Part shown: piece after piece, positions 39,401 to 53,300 of the stretch | Position numbering within the stretch: position 1 is the first letter of the stretch | How the letters are laid out: every line of letters starts with the position of its first letter | Source: Yuukianura sp. NJ FZ-2021 | Lineage: Eukaryota | Direction of reading: 5' to 3' | Assembly (NCBI GenBank): GCA_046563655.1 | Contig: CM102290.1 | Span: forward strand, 3,906,001-3,970,000 | DNA length: 64,000 nt | Position numbers and translations under genes: made by a program | The notes under the pieces: model-generated | What the model was told of the DNA's origin: nothing | The model's database searches: none | The model's input: the letters and a program-made list of their open reading frames with translations, nothing else

Positions 39401-42400
39401 ACCCGGACTTACCCGCCTCTTTTCTTCCCGCCAAAGAGCCCGTGACCCCAGATGTAAAATGAAACATCAAACGGAATTATAGACACGTTTAGGAGGGTTG
39501 AACCCAAGGAAAAGAGGCCCACATTTTAAATGTAGTCTACAACCTTAGTCTAGGCCAACGGCAAAGTTCAATCCCTTTTTAGACAAATTAGCAAGTTCGC
39601 TGACTTTTCTTTCTATTTATACCAACAGTAAGATAGTAAATAGTGTTTCTGTCTCCCGAATTTTTAAATTTTAAATATTACAACTCAATTTTTTTTTATT
39701 TTAATTAGAATTTACAAAAAATCTAACCTCTATATTGTGTAGCCACCGCTGAGTAGGTACAAATCTGTATTCGCCAAATATTGGCCAAATTGGCCGATGG
39801 TCACCACTGAAATTAATTATGATTATAATTCAATATTTTAATTTCAAGTTTCTGCACAAATGGCGTTGGAACTTACTATGTTGGAATTGGATCGTCGTAT
39901 ACGATGGAATCCGACATGCAGAAGTGCTTTGGCTGTGAAATTTGAAAAAATTGTTAAGAAACGGAGACTTCTTTCAATTTTGTGTACTAATCCAATTAGA
40001 ATAATGTGGTTAGAAAATGACACGGGACAAAATGAAAGGTGGAATGATACTAACAATTCTTTGCTCCTCGTGGAGAAAACAAATAAGTTACTTCTCAAAA
40101 TCTCATTTGATGTTCTTTTCATATGCTTAATTCGTTCGCAATTTTAGGATTCAGTAACCACTTAAGGTAGCCACAAGCATGCACTACGCGGGCAGGGTCA
40201 GTGGTTGCATGAATAGACGTTTCGGAGAAACATTGGACGACTATGGCAGTTAAACTTAAGTTTGTAAAGAAACTTTGTCCAAAATCTCCATGTATCCTGT
40301 GGACTGTAATTGAATTTAAGAAGTGATCTTTAGCCACGGTGTAAGTACCGTAATAAATTCGGATTCTTAATGGTCCAGTTAGCCCGCCTTTTATATTACA
40401 CGTGCCGTAGCGATTTATATTCTTTTCTTTAGACAGGATACTTAGCCCCAACAGCGAAGTTCCTTCCTGCGCTTTTGAAACTTTCCATATTTATATTCAT
40501 TTGAGCTCATAACTATATTTTCTGGAGCTTACGGGTTGGTTGTTTTTAAAGAAAGCAGTGGGGATTTGGTTCTAGTTTAGTGTACTTACGGTGTAATCCT
40601 TAGGTAGAGTGACGCATTCCAGAAGGGGCGGTGTCCCACTGTCCTCTGGGTAGGGTGACTCGGGGTGAAAGCAAGTGTAGTTAATCGGAGATCCATCCCA
40701 GTCACGCTCAAGATGAGTCTAGCAAATCAGGAAATTGATCAGAATAAAACACAACATTGCATCGAAATTCTTTTGCAAAAATTTGCAATATTTCCATATT
40801 TACTGTAAGCAGAACGGAAAAATTACAATTCGAGGATACGGTTCTCACTTTCTCAGATTTTTAGCTTTAAAAAAATGCGACAGTTGTTGAAATTTTTCCC
40901 ATTGTAATTGAATTGTTTTAATGCTAATTGGAAATCGGGCGGATTTGGCACTTTGATAACCACTTTTTAACTTTAAATGAAGTTTGGGAGTAAACAAAAA
41001 TAAATTAGCTTAAAGAACCACAAATATCAATCGAACAGAATTGGCAAACAATCTCAAGTGCATATGAAGCAAGTGAAAAGTGGCAACAAAGATGTTTGTA
41101 TTTTTCATCACCTTCTTGTTTTCCTCAAATTCAAACCAAAAAAAAAATTCTCAAAATAAATTGTTTAGCTTTAAAGCAAAGTAAGAGTTACAAAAACTAG
41201 GTCCAATGAGACTATGAAAGTACAGGAACTATGATTGGCCGAACCAGAGCTTGCATAGGTCAAAGAAGGTTATAAGTCTATTCCCGGCAGAAATCAATCA
41301 ATCAACTCTGCTCATTGTTATTTTAAACAAATCCAATATTCATATGACCTTGTTCGCTTGAACTTAACAGAAAATCATTCGGAATTTGACAACACTTTTC
41401 GTGAGGTACCAGAATCGCCTTGTCGTGGCTCCAGGAGCTCCTGTCCACGTTGGGCATGTGCCAAAAGGGCCATGGGACCTCCATAATAGATGAAAGTCAT
41501 TTCAAAAACGGAATGTGACCATGAGAACTGTGGGCAATGTCAAAGTTAACAGCGTAAGTCCAAGGAGAGTCAAAACCTTTTTTACGTCTGGACTCAATGC
41601 ACGACGTCAGCTCACACGTTCATGTCCGGCGGTAGCCTCATCCGACTGGTTTCAAAAAATGACACAAAGCAGAAAGAAGTCCATTGTTCGGCCACAAAAG
41701 ACTTTCACTTTTTCAGGGATTCGGAGTTGTACAAAATACTTTCAATGCCACAAAATACACACTCCACACCACCGTATCAGTCCCATCCATTCACAAACCA
41801 ATTTTCAAGAATGAAAAATGTATCAAAAGGAAATTCAATTTGATAAAAAAAAAGCCAACGAAATAGTTTTTTTTTTCAAAATGCTTATAAAAATTTTACA
41901 CTGAACTTCAAATTGCCTGCAGCGTATAGTAATTTTACCTTCCCATCGTCACAGTCCTTTGAACTGACGCCCATCATGATTCGGCCTTTCTCGTCAAGCG
42001 GAATTGGTTTTGATGTTGTTGCGTCCGATTGACCTCCACTTTTTCTGCCAAAATTCCAAGGCCAACCTGTCTTCGGTGGTGAATTTCTGGAAGAAACATG
42101 AAAACCATGGCTTTAGCAGACTCATTTTCGTACTGTATTCACCATCCGGCTTCAAATTCAAGGTTCGCGGCCATTGCCTCCTGGAAATTAGCTTGTTTTT
42201 CAAGGACTCATTGTCCCCATTTAAAAAAATGAAGCATAATACTACTGGAACGGTGTTCTGAGCAACTTAAGATTTTAATCTCCGCAGAGCTGTAGGTGAC
42301 CCAAATGGAGAAGCTGTTCTAAACCAACTATTGTATTAAGGCTAATGAGCTCCGCAACTGTGGCTTCATAAAACAAGCATTTTGAGCCCCATCGTTGTGG

Positions 42401-42975
42401 ATATCCGTAGGTTGACAATGGACCGTGGGAATTGTTATGACTTAAGGCTAACCACCAGAACATAACCTGGCATACGGAGAAGTAAGATGATGTGATAATT
42501 TTGGATGCAATTTATACTAGTCCATTAGCATCATCCTCGAAGCCTTTGACCCAAATTGGTTTTCTCAAGGGCCCTGTTCCAAAACTTAAATCAGGAAGGG
42601 CCCCTTGGTGTCCATGGATTAGTCATATGCTTGTTTTCCTCCAAGCGAGAAGGTATGAATAAAAAACTAAGTTTAAAGGGCCGTGCAAAAAAAAAAATGA
42701 AACTTTTTTCTAACATTCTAAAGTCTTTGCAAAATTTCAACTTACTTGGGAACGAAGCGTGGAAATTCAAATGGAGCAGGGCTTTCTCCAGCTTCTCGAC
42801 TTCTGATCTCCTTCAGTTGTCGAATCCCTGAAGATTCAAATCCGATCGAATCGTACTTGCTGTTTTGTTTTTCCGATTGAAACTCTTCATTTCTTAGTGA
42901 CCTTGCACATAGAAACAATGAAGTCAGAAGAACAAGAAAGTTCAAGGTTCGACATTGAAGTGACGGAAACTTCAT
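36421..42975 (-). CDS. Secreted DUF3105 / TP53I13-like protein, ~327 aa (exons 42975-42746, 42086-41939, 40718-40590, 39932-39877, 39806-39728, 38329-38201, 36633-36421)
   Basis: Signal-peptide-like [110 protein letters not shown]. All exon phases are compatible. Confidence 0.82.
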
Positions 42976-45158
42976 TGCAAATGTCACTTTGGCGTTGTCT
43001 CCTGGTGATTCGATTGTCACTGTTCTGTCCATGAACAAACTTTCTCTTTCCTACTATCTGGAAACTTCTATGAAAAAGTTGACAAAGTGAAAAAAACGAG
43101 AAATGTGAAAGGTAAAACTGGTCGGACAGGAACACGAACAACCAACCTGTTGCTTTTTGTTTTGGAAAACAATTTTGCACAGGAACATGGAATGTCAGTG
43201 GAGGGAGCTACTCGGTGCTGTAGAAATGTTCCATGTGTTGCAGTTTTTACGGAAGAATTACGGAGACTGTCTTTGGGAAAAAAACTAGTCGTGAGCCGAA
43301 GTAAGTGCTATAGCAAAACGTATAAAAGATCCACTAGGAATAAGGATTTCTTGTGGCATAAGTGCTATACACTTGAGCATTCGGCTTTGTATCGACTTTT
43401 AATGCCAAAAAAATGCTAAACCACAAAACCCAAGCTACTCCTTCAATCTATCCACAATTGATTTTTATTAACGACTTCTCGGCTGTCCCCGTAAAACTGC
43501 ACTCGTAAGTCCTAATTTCTGTTCAAATCGACCACTCGTAGTGATTTATTTGGTTTTTAGAAACATTGTTACAACTTTGACTAAGCATCTCAAAGCACCT
43601 AACACCTCTTCAAAATCAGGAACAAATCTAATGTTTTAAAATTGGAACCTACTTCCTAAATTTCCTTGTCCAAAAAACGGTGTCCGACCTTGTCTTGTTT
43701 CTCTAAGTGCAAAAATTCAAAACAAACAATGCAAAGGCTTCAAGATCAAGATTCCAACCGATTCTGAGAAGGTCACCCAAGAGCCTTCCCGGCGGAATTG
43801 CAAACGAGCAGAAATGGAGACACTTACTAAAAATTCGCAACACTTTGTGAAAAATTCACTTGGAATTTTCAGGAGCTGAATGTTAAAAACCTGCCATTTG
43901 TTGTGGACGCATTACCTGGAGATAAGTGGGTCTCATGCATGTTAAAGATCAATTACGGTGGGACAGATGGAAAACAGAGAAACGGAAGTGAAGCGCTCCG
44001 TATTTTAATTTCCGACTGACTCCGACATCAAAGTAAGGACAAACGAGGAAAGTGTTTTTCTGTGTTCTGCAGAGTCGGAAAATTGAATGACCTCGTGAGG
44101 GTCACGGCAGGTCGTTCCTATAACTCCGTTTTACGTTTTACGTTGTAGTTTCGTCTAGCATAAATTGAAGACAAAGTTTGGCCTTTAAACAAATTACAAA
44201 TCAAATCATTGCAAGACCTTCACTTCCTAGCTTGTTTTTCAATTTTGTATAATTTATAAATCATTTACAAGTTTGAATTTTTTCAACAAAAAATTTGGAT
44301 AGGAAACTCAGTTTTTCTCCCTTCGCGCATCTGATTTACAAATGAGAATTGGAGCATGACTTAATTGACAATTTTCGGGGGTTTTTATTTACAATTCGCA
44401 CAAAAAATTCCAGAAGTATTCCAACTTTGGCATAGCATTCTGTGTGAGAACATCTAAAATTCGATTCTTTGCCTCTGCGTGACCTGTCATAAGAGGCGTC
44501 GCCTTGTAATGACTCTTAGGATGAAAGGTCAACTTGAATTGGAAAGTAGTGTGGATGAGCAGTAAAAAGAAAAGTACGTGCGCAAGCATCATGGCCTTTA
44601 ATCTACTTTCACCACTTTCACCACCGGAAGTTTTCACAATCGAATCATTTCATTCCGTAACTTGCCCATTTCAAACTTCCTGCTTCTGTATTACCAACAG
44701 TCAGTCCAGTCGGCGGCTCCTGAAAGTAATTAACCCAATTTTTCCCACGGACACACACACAAACACGCAGGAAAAGAACGCACTGGTAATAAATCCACAA
44801 CTTTTGAAAAATCCCGCCCTTCAACCTTCACACCTCGATTGTTTCCAGTGTCAAGACCAAAGTAATAATAGATTCCACAAGCTATAATTTTAGGGCACTA
44901 GGATTTAAGTCAAGGTGCTATTAGGCTCTTGCCCTGTTTAGATTTATGAATGACTTTGAAAAATTTTCTACTTGACTAAAAGTAAAACTCGAATTGATTG
45001 CAATTAGCATGAAAGCAAAATGGAACCAAAAATTTTATGCGGAAAACAGGTCGAATGAGCTCATTGTGGCAAATTCTTTTTCGTTAGCTCAAAATGCTTT
45101 GTTAAGTAATTCTTAGTGAGAGGCTTTTTCGTTTTCCACGGAAATCTCAAAATTTTGC

Positions 45159-45208
45159 TTAAGAAAAAGGCCTAACCTAACATAGCTTAAGTTAGGCTTT
45201 TTTCTTAA
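45159..45208. repeat. 50-bp hairpin (20 of 22 positions complementary) with TTAA ends and CCTAACCTAA units
   Basis: ttaagaaaaaggcctaacctaa-catagc-ttaagttaggcttttttcttaa read directly. Confidence 0.6.
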
Positions 45209-48200
45209 ATTAAAGATAGGAGCTGTTTTTTTAAGTTGAAACAAACGCTTCAAACAGAAAAAAAATCCATTGGGTTTTAGTTCATTGGAAAGTGGCTGAA
45301 AGAAAGCTGGCTTTCACTTTGTGAGCTCAATCTCCACTTATCCGTTCTTTCCTCCCGCCTCTTTTCTTTGATCATTTTTTAATGTTTTGAGATTCCTGTA
45401 CAAAGGAAGACGTAGGTTGAGGTCGGAGGTCAAAGGGCACGAAGAAAAAAAACAAGAAAAAAAAAGAAAAGTGGCAAGTTTGATCTTTACTCAATTTTAA
45501 AACCGTATTTACTTTGGAAGCCGAAATTCAATTGAGACCTTTTGAAAAAGTCAAAAAAAGTAAAAGTGCACACACTGTTGTAAGAGTCTAGGGAAAGTGC
45601 AGGGCAAACAAGCGTAGTTTTCTTATTATTTGAACCATCGTATTCTTTAGAAGCCAATTCCGATTCTTCTCAATTCAATACAAGGTCTTTCTCCTTTCTA
45701 ACAAACGGAGATGAAATGGAAAGTGTTCTGGATCTCCCTCATGCAGTTAACTTCCATGTTTGCAATCACTTTTTAAACTTTTTTTTACTTTCATTTTTAA
45801 AATGTTAGATTTAAAAAACTTTCCCCCATGTGCTAAACATTTTTGCTTGTATAGTTTTGTGTGGAGCAAAGAAATAATTGTTTGAGAAAAGGATATAGAA
45901 AAGTTCTGTAAAAGGTTCATGAGCCTCAACACAAAGTACCGGTTTGTGTTCTTTAGAAAATTTAAAGTTTCTTCAAATGTACCTTTTAGAAAGTTGTGTA
46001 CCTCGTGCTGGAATAAAGAACAAAGTAACCTTGACAAAGATATATGGAACTGTGACATGCACTTCAACTTCAAAGCCACACACGGCAAGTCTAACATATA
46101 ATTTCCTATTCTGTAAATTATTAAGTCGACCTAGCCCTCAAGCCAACTTTCTTCTTTCCTTTATCTTCATAACCTGCTAACCTTTGTCTGTCAAAAATTG
46201 AGCATTTTAAATTCATTACATTTTCTTGCGTAAAATTCTGGAAACTCTTGAAACTAAAGCTAACTCCAGGCATAGGTGGTACAATCCGTCACTACATAAA
46301 CACGTTAATATCAAGCTAACAACGTTGTACAAGCTAAATCAAATTAGCATCGTCCGAACATGGCGATGTCCATGACGAATCAATCAAAAAAAACTTTCGT
46401 CCTGGAACAATTGTTTGACTTGGAAAGTTTAAATAATCTCGAGGAAAAAGAAGCTGCAAAAGAAAGCAACAGTTTGGAGCAACTCCCTTCATGTGACTGC
46501 TTGCATTAAATTTTAATGCATCCTGCCTATACCGTTCCAGGTTAAACTTTTACGATGCTTTTTAAGGTCCGCGAACATTTCGAGCTAATGTTTTCAGGGT
46601 CAAATGATCGTCAGCAAATAAAGACTTTTGCAGTATTAACAATTTAACCATAAGTCGTAATCAAATGAAGCAAAACTGCGGCTAGCCTTAAATTTTGAAT
46701 TCGTTTTGAAAATTGGGTAGAAATTGGTTTAAGTTTGCCTTGCTTTCCGATTACATGCTGGTTTTCAACCATTTGTTTGGATTTTGTCAACTTTAAACTC
46801 AAGGTCATGTCATGTTCAAAAAAAATTACGTTGGGCTAAAAACGTTTTTTTTTTTTTTTGCGAAACGTGTGGCGGAGTTCCTTACATTGAACGGCGACTG
46901 ACGTGGACGTTACGCTTAAGCAAAAATTATGGCCTGTCGTGTCTCTGCTGAAGCATTGGTTCTAAGCTTCACATGTGTGATGTAGTCACAGCACGAAAAG
47001 TGTCCAGCGCTTTCTCCTTCAGCCTCCAAGCTCCGATCGGATCGCTTTGTCTGCGTTATGAAATTGTTAGAAGTCCGGCTTAGACTTATGACTGACATTG
47101 GTTGGTTTGACCTAAATCTGAAATGATGGTGTCGGAATAAGGTGTTTTGCTATCCAGGAATCGGAGTGTGTCCTAGATTTCGTCTCTTCTGACGCTTTGA
47201 CGAACTCGGCAGCAGACAGAATCATGACATAAAATTGAAGAGGCATAGTAACATAGTAATAACTTGGTAGTAATGGAGGGGAGTCCATCTTGTTAAAGTT
47301 GAGTACCTGCTGCCCCCAAACAATGACCAACCCAATTCTGGATCTTCTGGAAGTAGACGTTGAAGGAAGTTCAAGATTGGATTACCTAGCGGATTTTAGG
47401 TCTATAGCCTTGTCTTTACATGGGCATTAAGTATAATGAACTTTCGTTCCCAAGTGACCTCGTGACATTATCGCTTGAGAAGCCTTTTGCTTCAAGTGTC
47501 ACAGTTATTGAGGACGTTCCATAAAGTTTGAGGTCTTGGGCAATTATAACTAGGTCACTTAATTCCCACTCAACTTTTTCCAAACTTTCCCAATTCTCTG
47601 ATTTCTCATGCTTGACCAATGCTGGCAGATTTTTGAACTCGAACTTGAAGAGGCAGAGAAAAATGGATAACATGTTGTTATACGTCGGCATACAATAAAA
47701 ATTCTGCCAAGTTATTGCTTTTGTGCATTTTATGCACAATGCACTTTCTCATTGCATGACTTTGACTTTGAAATTCTCCTCCACAAAGGCATACATTGAC
47801 AAAAAGACAATTTCGATTCAACGGGCGTTTCACGAAAGTTAACATAAAAACCAGTTTACCAAAAAATACTGCAAAAATGGAAACTGTTTCCTATCAATAC
47901 GTGGTAAAAATACAAAAAAAAGATCTGTTTTAAACACGTCTTTTTAAACATTGTTATTATGTTAGATATTTTTTTAAGCCTTAGGCACACTACTGACAAA
48001 ATTTTTATTATTGCCACTTATGCAACTGTTGAGATTACAAAATAAAATTGAAATTTCAAATTCCAGAAGTTCCATGTTGTAATTTGAAGTAGGACAAGGT
48101 TTTCTCCAGTTGAACAGTGATTCTTTCGGCTACACTAGAGGGTTTAATTTTTTATCTTAAGAAAATTTCCATTTCCGACGTTAGAATTTTGTTTTAGAAA

Positions 48201-50376
48201 AAAAGAGACAATGGCGTGGTCGGTTTTCTTATCCGGTTTACACTTTTTCTTTCTTTTTTCATTCCCATTATTCTTTTGGTATGGCTAGAGGGTTAAATTA
48301 AATTACATTTTATAAAGGGACGGGGAAAGATGAAATTTTGAAATTGGAGTGAGATGGAAGATGGTTGAATTTTGAAACTAAAGAAGAGATTCCGGTGCTG
48401 GAAGCGTATCAAGTCACTTACCCACAAGAAATCCTATTTGTTACCAATTCTTCTCCTCTCCTGCCGTGCTTTACGTTTTTCCTCCCATTCCCACAATCTT
48501 GTCAAAATAATCTCTTTTTTCTTAGAAAACGACATAAAATGTCCTTTTCCTGGAAATCCTCCTCACAATGGTGATACAACATTTTAATCAGTTTTCATTT
48601 ACTTTCATGTTTTACACGTTGCAACAAAGTTCAAATTTTCTCCTTCATAATAGAATCAAAACAAAATATTTTGAATCCAGCGTCTTGATTTAAAACAAAA
48701 ACAAAGAATAAAGATTCTGACGAAGGTCGTAAAACTACATTCGAAATGAATTTTTTCCGCACTATGTAGGAGTGAAAAATTGTTTGAGTAAAATCCGGGA
48801 GACAGAAAACTTGTAACTTGAACTATTGTCTATGTTTGTTATGATTTATGCCCGAGTGGTCATTGACCCTAGTACAGTCCGCTAGTGCTTGCAACGGAAC
48901 TAATTGAATTTTAGGAGTGTCATAATTGAGAATAATGACTGGAAAATATTCTATTCTGTTTCCCTTGATCTTGCTCAAGATGCCTGCTCTACCCCATGCA
49001 TGGTTTCCTTCATATGCGCTCCAAAAGAAAGTAGCGGAAAAGTTTCTCGGTGCTAATTTTCGTTATTAAAGAATTAGAGGTTTCTGACATTGGGTTGTTA
49101 GCCGTCGTTCTCGCTACCAAAGTCTAGAAAGCAACGGCGACAAGTTCCATGGAAACATGTTGCAGGCCTGCCTTCAGACTTTGTTCATCTACTTAATTAG
49201 AACAAGAAGTAGAAGTGCACAATTGGAAAAGTAGAAGGAACAAAGTCACACAATGTTTCCAATGCAAAGTGTTCCACTTACGACTGCAACCCTCACTAAA
49301 GAGTCCTTAGACTCTAAGTCAGATACAGAGACAGGCAAAGCTACCGCAAGCAATATGAAACATCCTGTACATTTCTTAATTGAACACACTAGCCATACTA
49401 AGCATCAAAACTAAAACAGCCTCTTCGTTCGCAGTTTTTAAAAAACAAGAGGAAATTGGATTCGTATTGCGTCTTTTATGAGTTCTCAAACTTACTTAAA
49501 CAACAAAATTTTTTGGATATTTTTGGACCAAAAGTAATCATGAAACTAGACTACAAAACTAAACTTTTTTCTTCAAGTTTTCGTTAGTATGAGCAATATT
49601 CGGTAAACTATGGGCAGACTTGTTGTTGCTGAAAAGTTAACGAACTTAGGAGAAGTTGAAGGCTAAGAAATGAAATTAACCCGAAATTGCAATGACTCTT
49701 AAACCCCAATAGCGGAAATTAAACTTTGAGCTAATTGGATCATTTTTATTTCAATTTTAGCAGAAAATTAGCAATTGGTGGTGGTTTGACTTTCACCTCC
49801 ATTTTGCGTGTTATAAATCACCTCTCCAATGACGCTATAAAACGATGGTTGAGCTTATTGCCAGTTTTTCGGCGGTTGCTATTTTGAGCGGCTACAAAAC
49901 TCAACCGGTAAACGGCGCGTGTTTTGAGGCTGATCAACCCCGCGTTCCTTCAACTTTTTCTTCCTGCTTTCTCCTTTGTGGTGAAGCAATCGGACACAAA
50001 GTTCCTTCGGTAGCTTTCGACCTTCCAGAATTTGGACTTCAGTGGGTATAAACCATGGAGTGAGGGCTGGAGAAAGCATCATTTTCACTTCACTCGCGTT
50101 CCACAACACTGTGTAGAAATAGAAAGTCTTCGAGTTAAACAATTTCCAAAAGAAAATAACTTTCTTCATTTTTAAAAAAATTACATCTCTCCAGCAAATA
50201 GCGTACAAGCTAAAATTTATTACTCAAATTTTCTTCTACTTAAATACCAAACACTTAGCTTTCCAATCGCTTTTGATCAAAAAATTTTCAATCCGTAGTT
50301 TTTAAGGCAATAGGGAGGCATCAGTAATTTTTATATTTTCAAAACTTTGAAAATTTTGAATATTCCTTGACCAACA

Positions 50377-53300
50377 ATGGAGGCTCTACTGAGGACTGAG
50401 CGAATGGAAAGTCCGCTGGATCTTGAAGGTCCAGGAAAAATCGGAAGCAGTTCAACAGTTCCGGAGGACGTTTCGGTTGAAATTCTCGCGGAAAATTCCA
50501 TCTCTATTGACTACCCGCCATCACAAGGTACAGTGACACTTTTGTACTAAATAAATTATAGTATTTCTCTTTATCCATTTGTATTTCATATTGATTGCTT
50601 TGATTTTTATTTGCTTTGATAATTTGGATGAGCAATCATTAGTCAAACCATAAACTACACAGAATATATACTAACTCCGAAACTTTCCGTGTTGTGTAGC
50701 GACGCTCATGATTTCACCAGGAAGCAAACAAATTCATTCGAATTTTACATAATACATAATCAGTAGGCAATCAATTGACATATACAGAAGAGTTCCAACC
50801 AAAGCAAAATATACAAGGAAGCGTTTCTGTTTATCCATTTTTTTTAAACTGAAAACGAAATTACGACATTCAAATTGTTGTTGGCGCTGTTGTTTGACAA
50901 AGCCAAAGCAACCAATGGAGAAAGCACTAGATTTCTTTTGTGGTTTTCTTGAAACAAGGCAGTTGGCTGCATTTTAGATTCCATTACTTTTGTCTCCTGA
51001 AATTTTAATCCACTTTTAATGGGTTGTGGCATTTGAAAGCATAATAACTTTCATTTTAATTTTGTACTACGCTATGTTTTATGTTTTTTTTTTCAATTTA
51101 GGCGTCAGCACGAAAACCTCGGAAAATCAAGCATGAAATTTTTCTTTGTTCAGAATTTTTTATTGATCCAATTCCAAATTTATATTTTCTGTTTTAACAA
51201 ACTGTTTGACTTTGTATACTATTCTTTCTCTTCTTATTCTAATGTGTCTTTAGTAATGTAAAGTAAAGTAAAGGTGTAAAGTATCTTCTAATGTATCTAA
51301 TGTACAATCTCTTTCATTTCCCCACTCTTTATACATCTTTCCATACCGAAAATTAAATTTTCGCACAATACGTAACCATTTGCCGGGTAACTATGGAAGA
51401 TGTACGTCATTCAACATTCTACTTTTGATTATTCTTTTGTAATCACTACGCCCCCACGACTTGAATGAAACCTAGTCTACGGCTTTTGTTCAACTTTTGG
51501 ATTCTATTGAGTAGAGAAAGTGATAGAAATTGTTGAAAAAGTATAGAAAGTCGAGGTGGATTTGGTGTGTGTAGGGGAGAAATTGGAATGGGTAAGGTTT
51601 GAATGGTGGGAAACTTTTGCGGAGTGGAATTAATTAATAGTAATGAGTAATTAGCACCTTTTGGAAGTAACTGGTGTCAGAAATCAAAGGTGGATCCAAC
51701 CTATATGAATACCAAACTTCGAAAAGTTACGTAGATTATGTTTCTGTCCGCTCATTCAAAATTTCTAAAGTCCATTTACGGCCGTACCATGATGCTTATT
51801 TTAGAATCTTTGGTAATCCAACTAGTACGGTCCCAAAAAACAAAGGGAAATAGCAACGACGGGCTTATTATAGAATATAATGCACTAACGAACTTGTATT
51901 CTCTTACAACAATGTAAATTCACACAATAGTTAAAGCCTATTGTTCAAAGACGGCAAAGTTTATATTTGTATCCCGAAAATTAACATGGTGAAAGTTTTA
52001 TTTGATATACATTTATACTTATTAATTATTACTTTTACCAGTTTAAGTTTGAAATGAAGCGATGACCTAATCAGTTCTAAAATTTCATAACACATTAGTA
52101 CAGTGATCATACTATGGTAAAATTTTACCTAAGGAGTTATTGGCTAACGTACACTGAATTCTTAATTATGTTTTCAACTACCCCAGTTGAGGCTGACGTT
52201 GACTGTCTTCTCAACACGAAATTATGAAAATGGCACTTGCGCCGAAGCACGAAGGTTTTCCCAGCCAACGTCGAAACGTTGTCTCCGAAACTTACCAAAT
52301 GCAACTGCAAAACAAACTAAAGAATTCAAAAACCTAGTCAATTCTTAGATGGTTCCTTTGCTTAGCGCTAGTTTTTTGTTAGGTTAGGTTTCAATTTTGA
52401 AGTTCGCTGAAAGTACATGTTTTTTTTTGTTTTTCTTACTTCTGTCAGTCTGAACCCAACCCACGTCTATTTTTGGTCAGTGTTGCACTTAGCGCATTTA
52501 CTGAGTTTGGGTATGAATTTAGTTAGAGATAAACAGTTTTTTTTAAATTATTTTTCTGAACAACAGGCGCCAAGAAATCAGATTTCATCATAGAAAACCG
52601 TATCTTGTCTGCAAAAAAAGCCTAAAGACAGCACCCTGTGACAAGACACGCAGATTGCCTAGGTATAAAAGTGTTTCTCCACAAAAATGGACTTCTAGAG
52701 TAATTCAAGAAAAAGTAGGTCTCTCCCGCCATTTATGGTTTCGGTGGCGCAACAGCATTGTTTCTTCACTCGTTTTTAGAAAAACACAAACTATAATTCG
52801 GCAGGGCTACAACTTTCTAGGAACAAATTCATTTGAACCATAAAGCCAAAGCCTCACTGAAGTGCGCGAGAATTAAGTAGGTGTACACTTAATTCTTTAG
52901 CACTTTTGAAAAAGTTAGAAATGAATTCAAAGTTAAATTTTGGACAACAGAAAACTCATGAATTATGAGTCCAAAGAATTGAAAATTGAGGGCACTGGAC
53001 TTTCACTTTGGTTCTCTAGAATCAAGGCAATCGAAAGCGGAAAAGAAAACTTTTTGGAAATTTGGTTCTACTACGTGTAGTAAGTAGTTTGTGAACACAC
53101 ACGCGTCTAGACTACTCTAAAATTTCATATTTCATACTATAGACTCTAACCAAAAAAACTAAAATCCTACCCAAATTTCTCATCATCATGCGAAGGAAGT
53201 TAACATGATATAAAAGGCAGAGAGAATCGTTGAGGAGCTTTCACCCTGCCACCTACTTTCTCCGTTACAACTTTGAACTTTCCGGTTTTACTTTTTGTTA

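Noticed and set aside
41400..41645. Possible extra cassette exons of the DUF3105 gene
   Set aside because: They would interrupt the contiguous [14 protein letters not shown] motif; splice signals are weak or ambiguous.
47112..47739. Minus-strand ORFs in the intergenic region
   Set aside because: No homology recognised; lengths compatible with chance.
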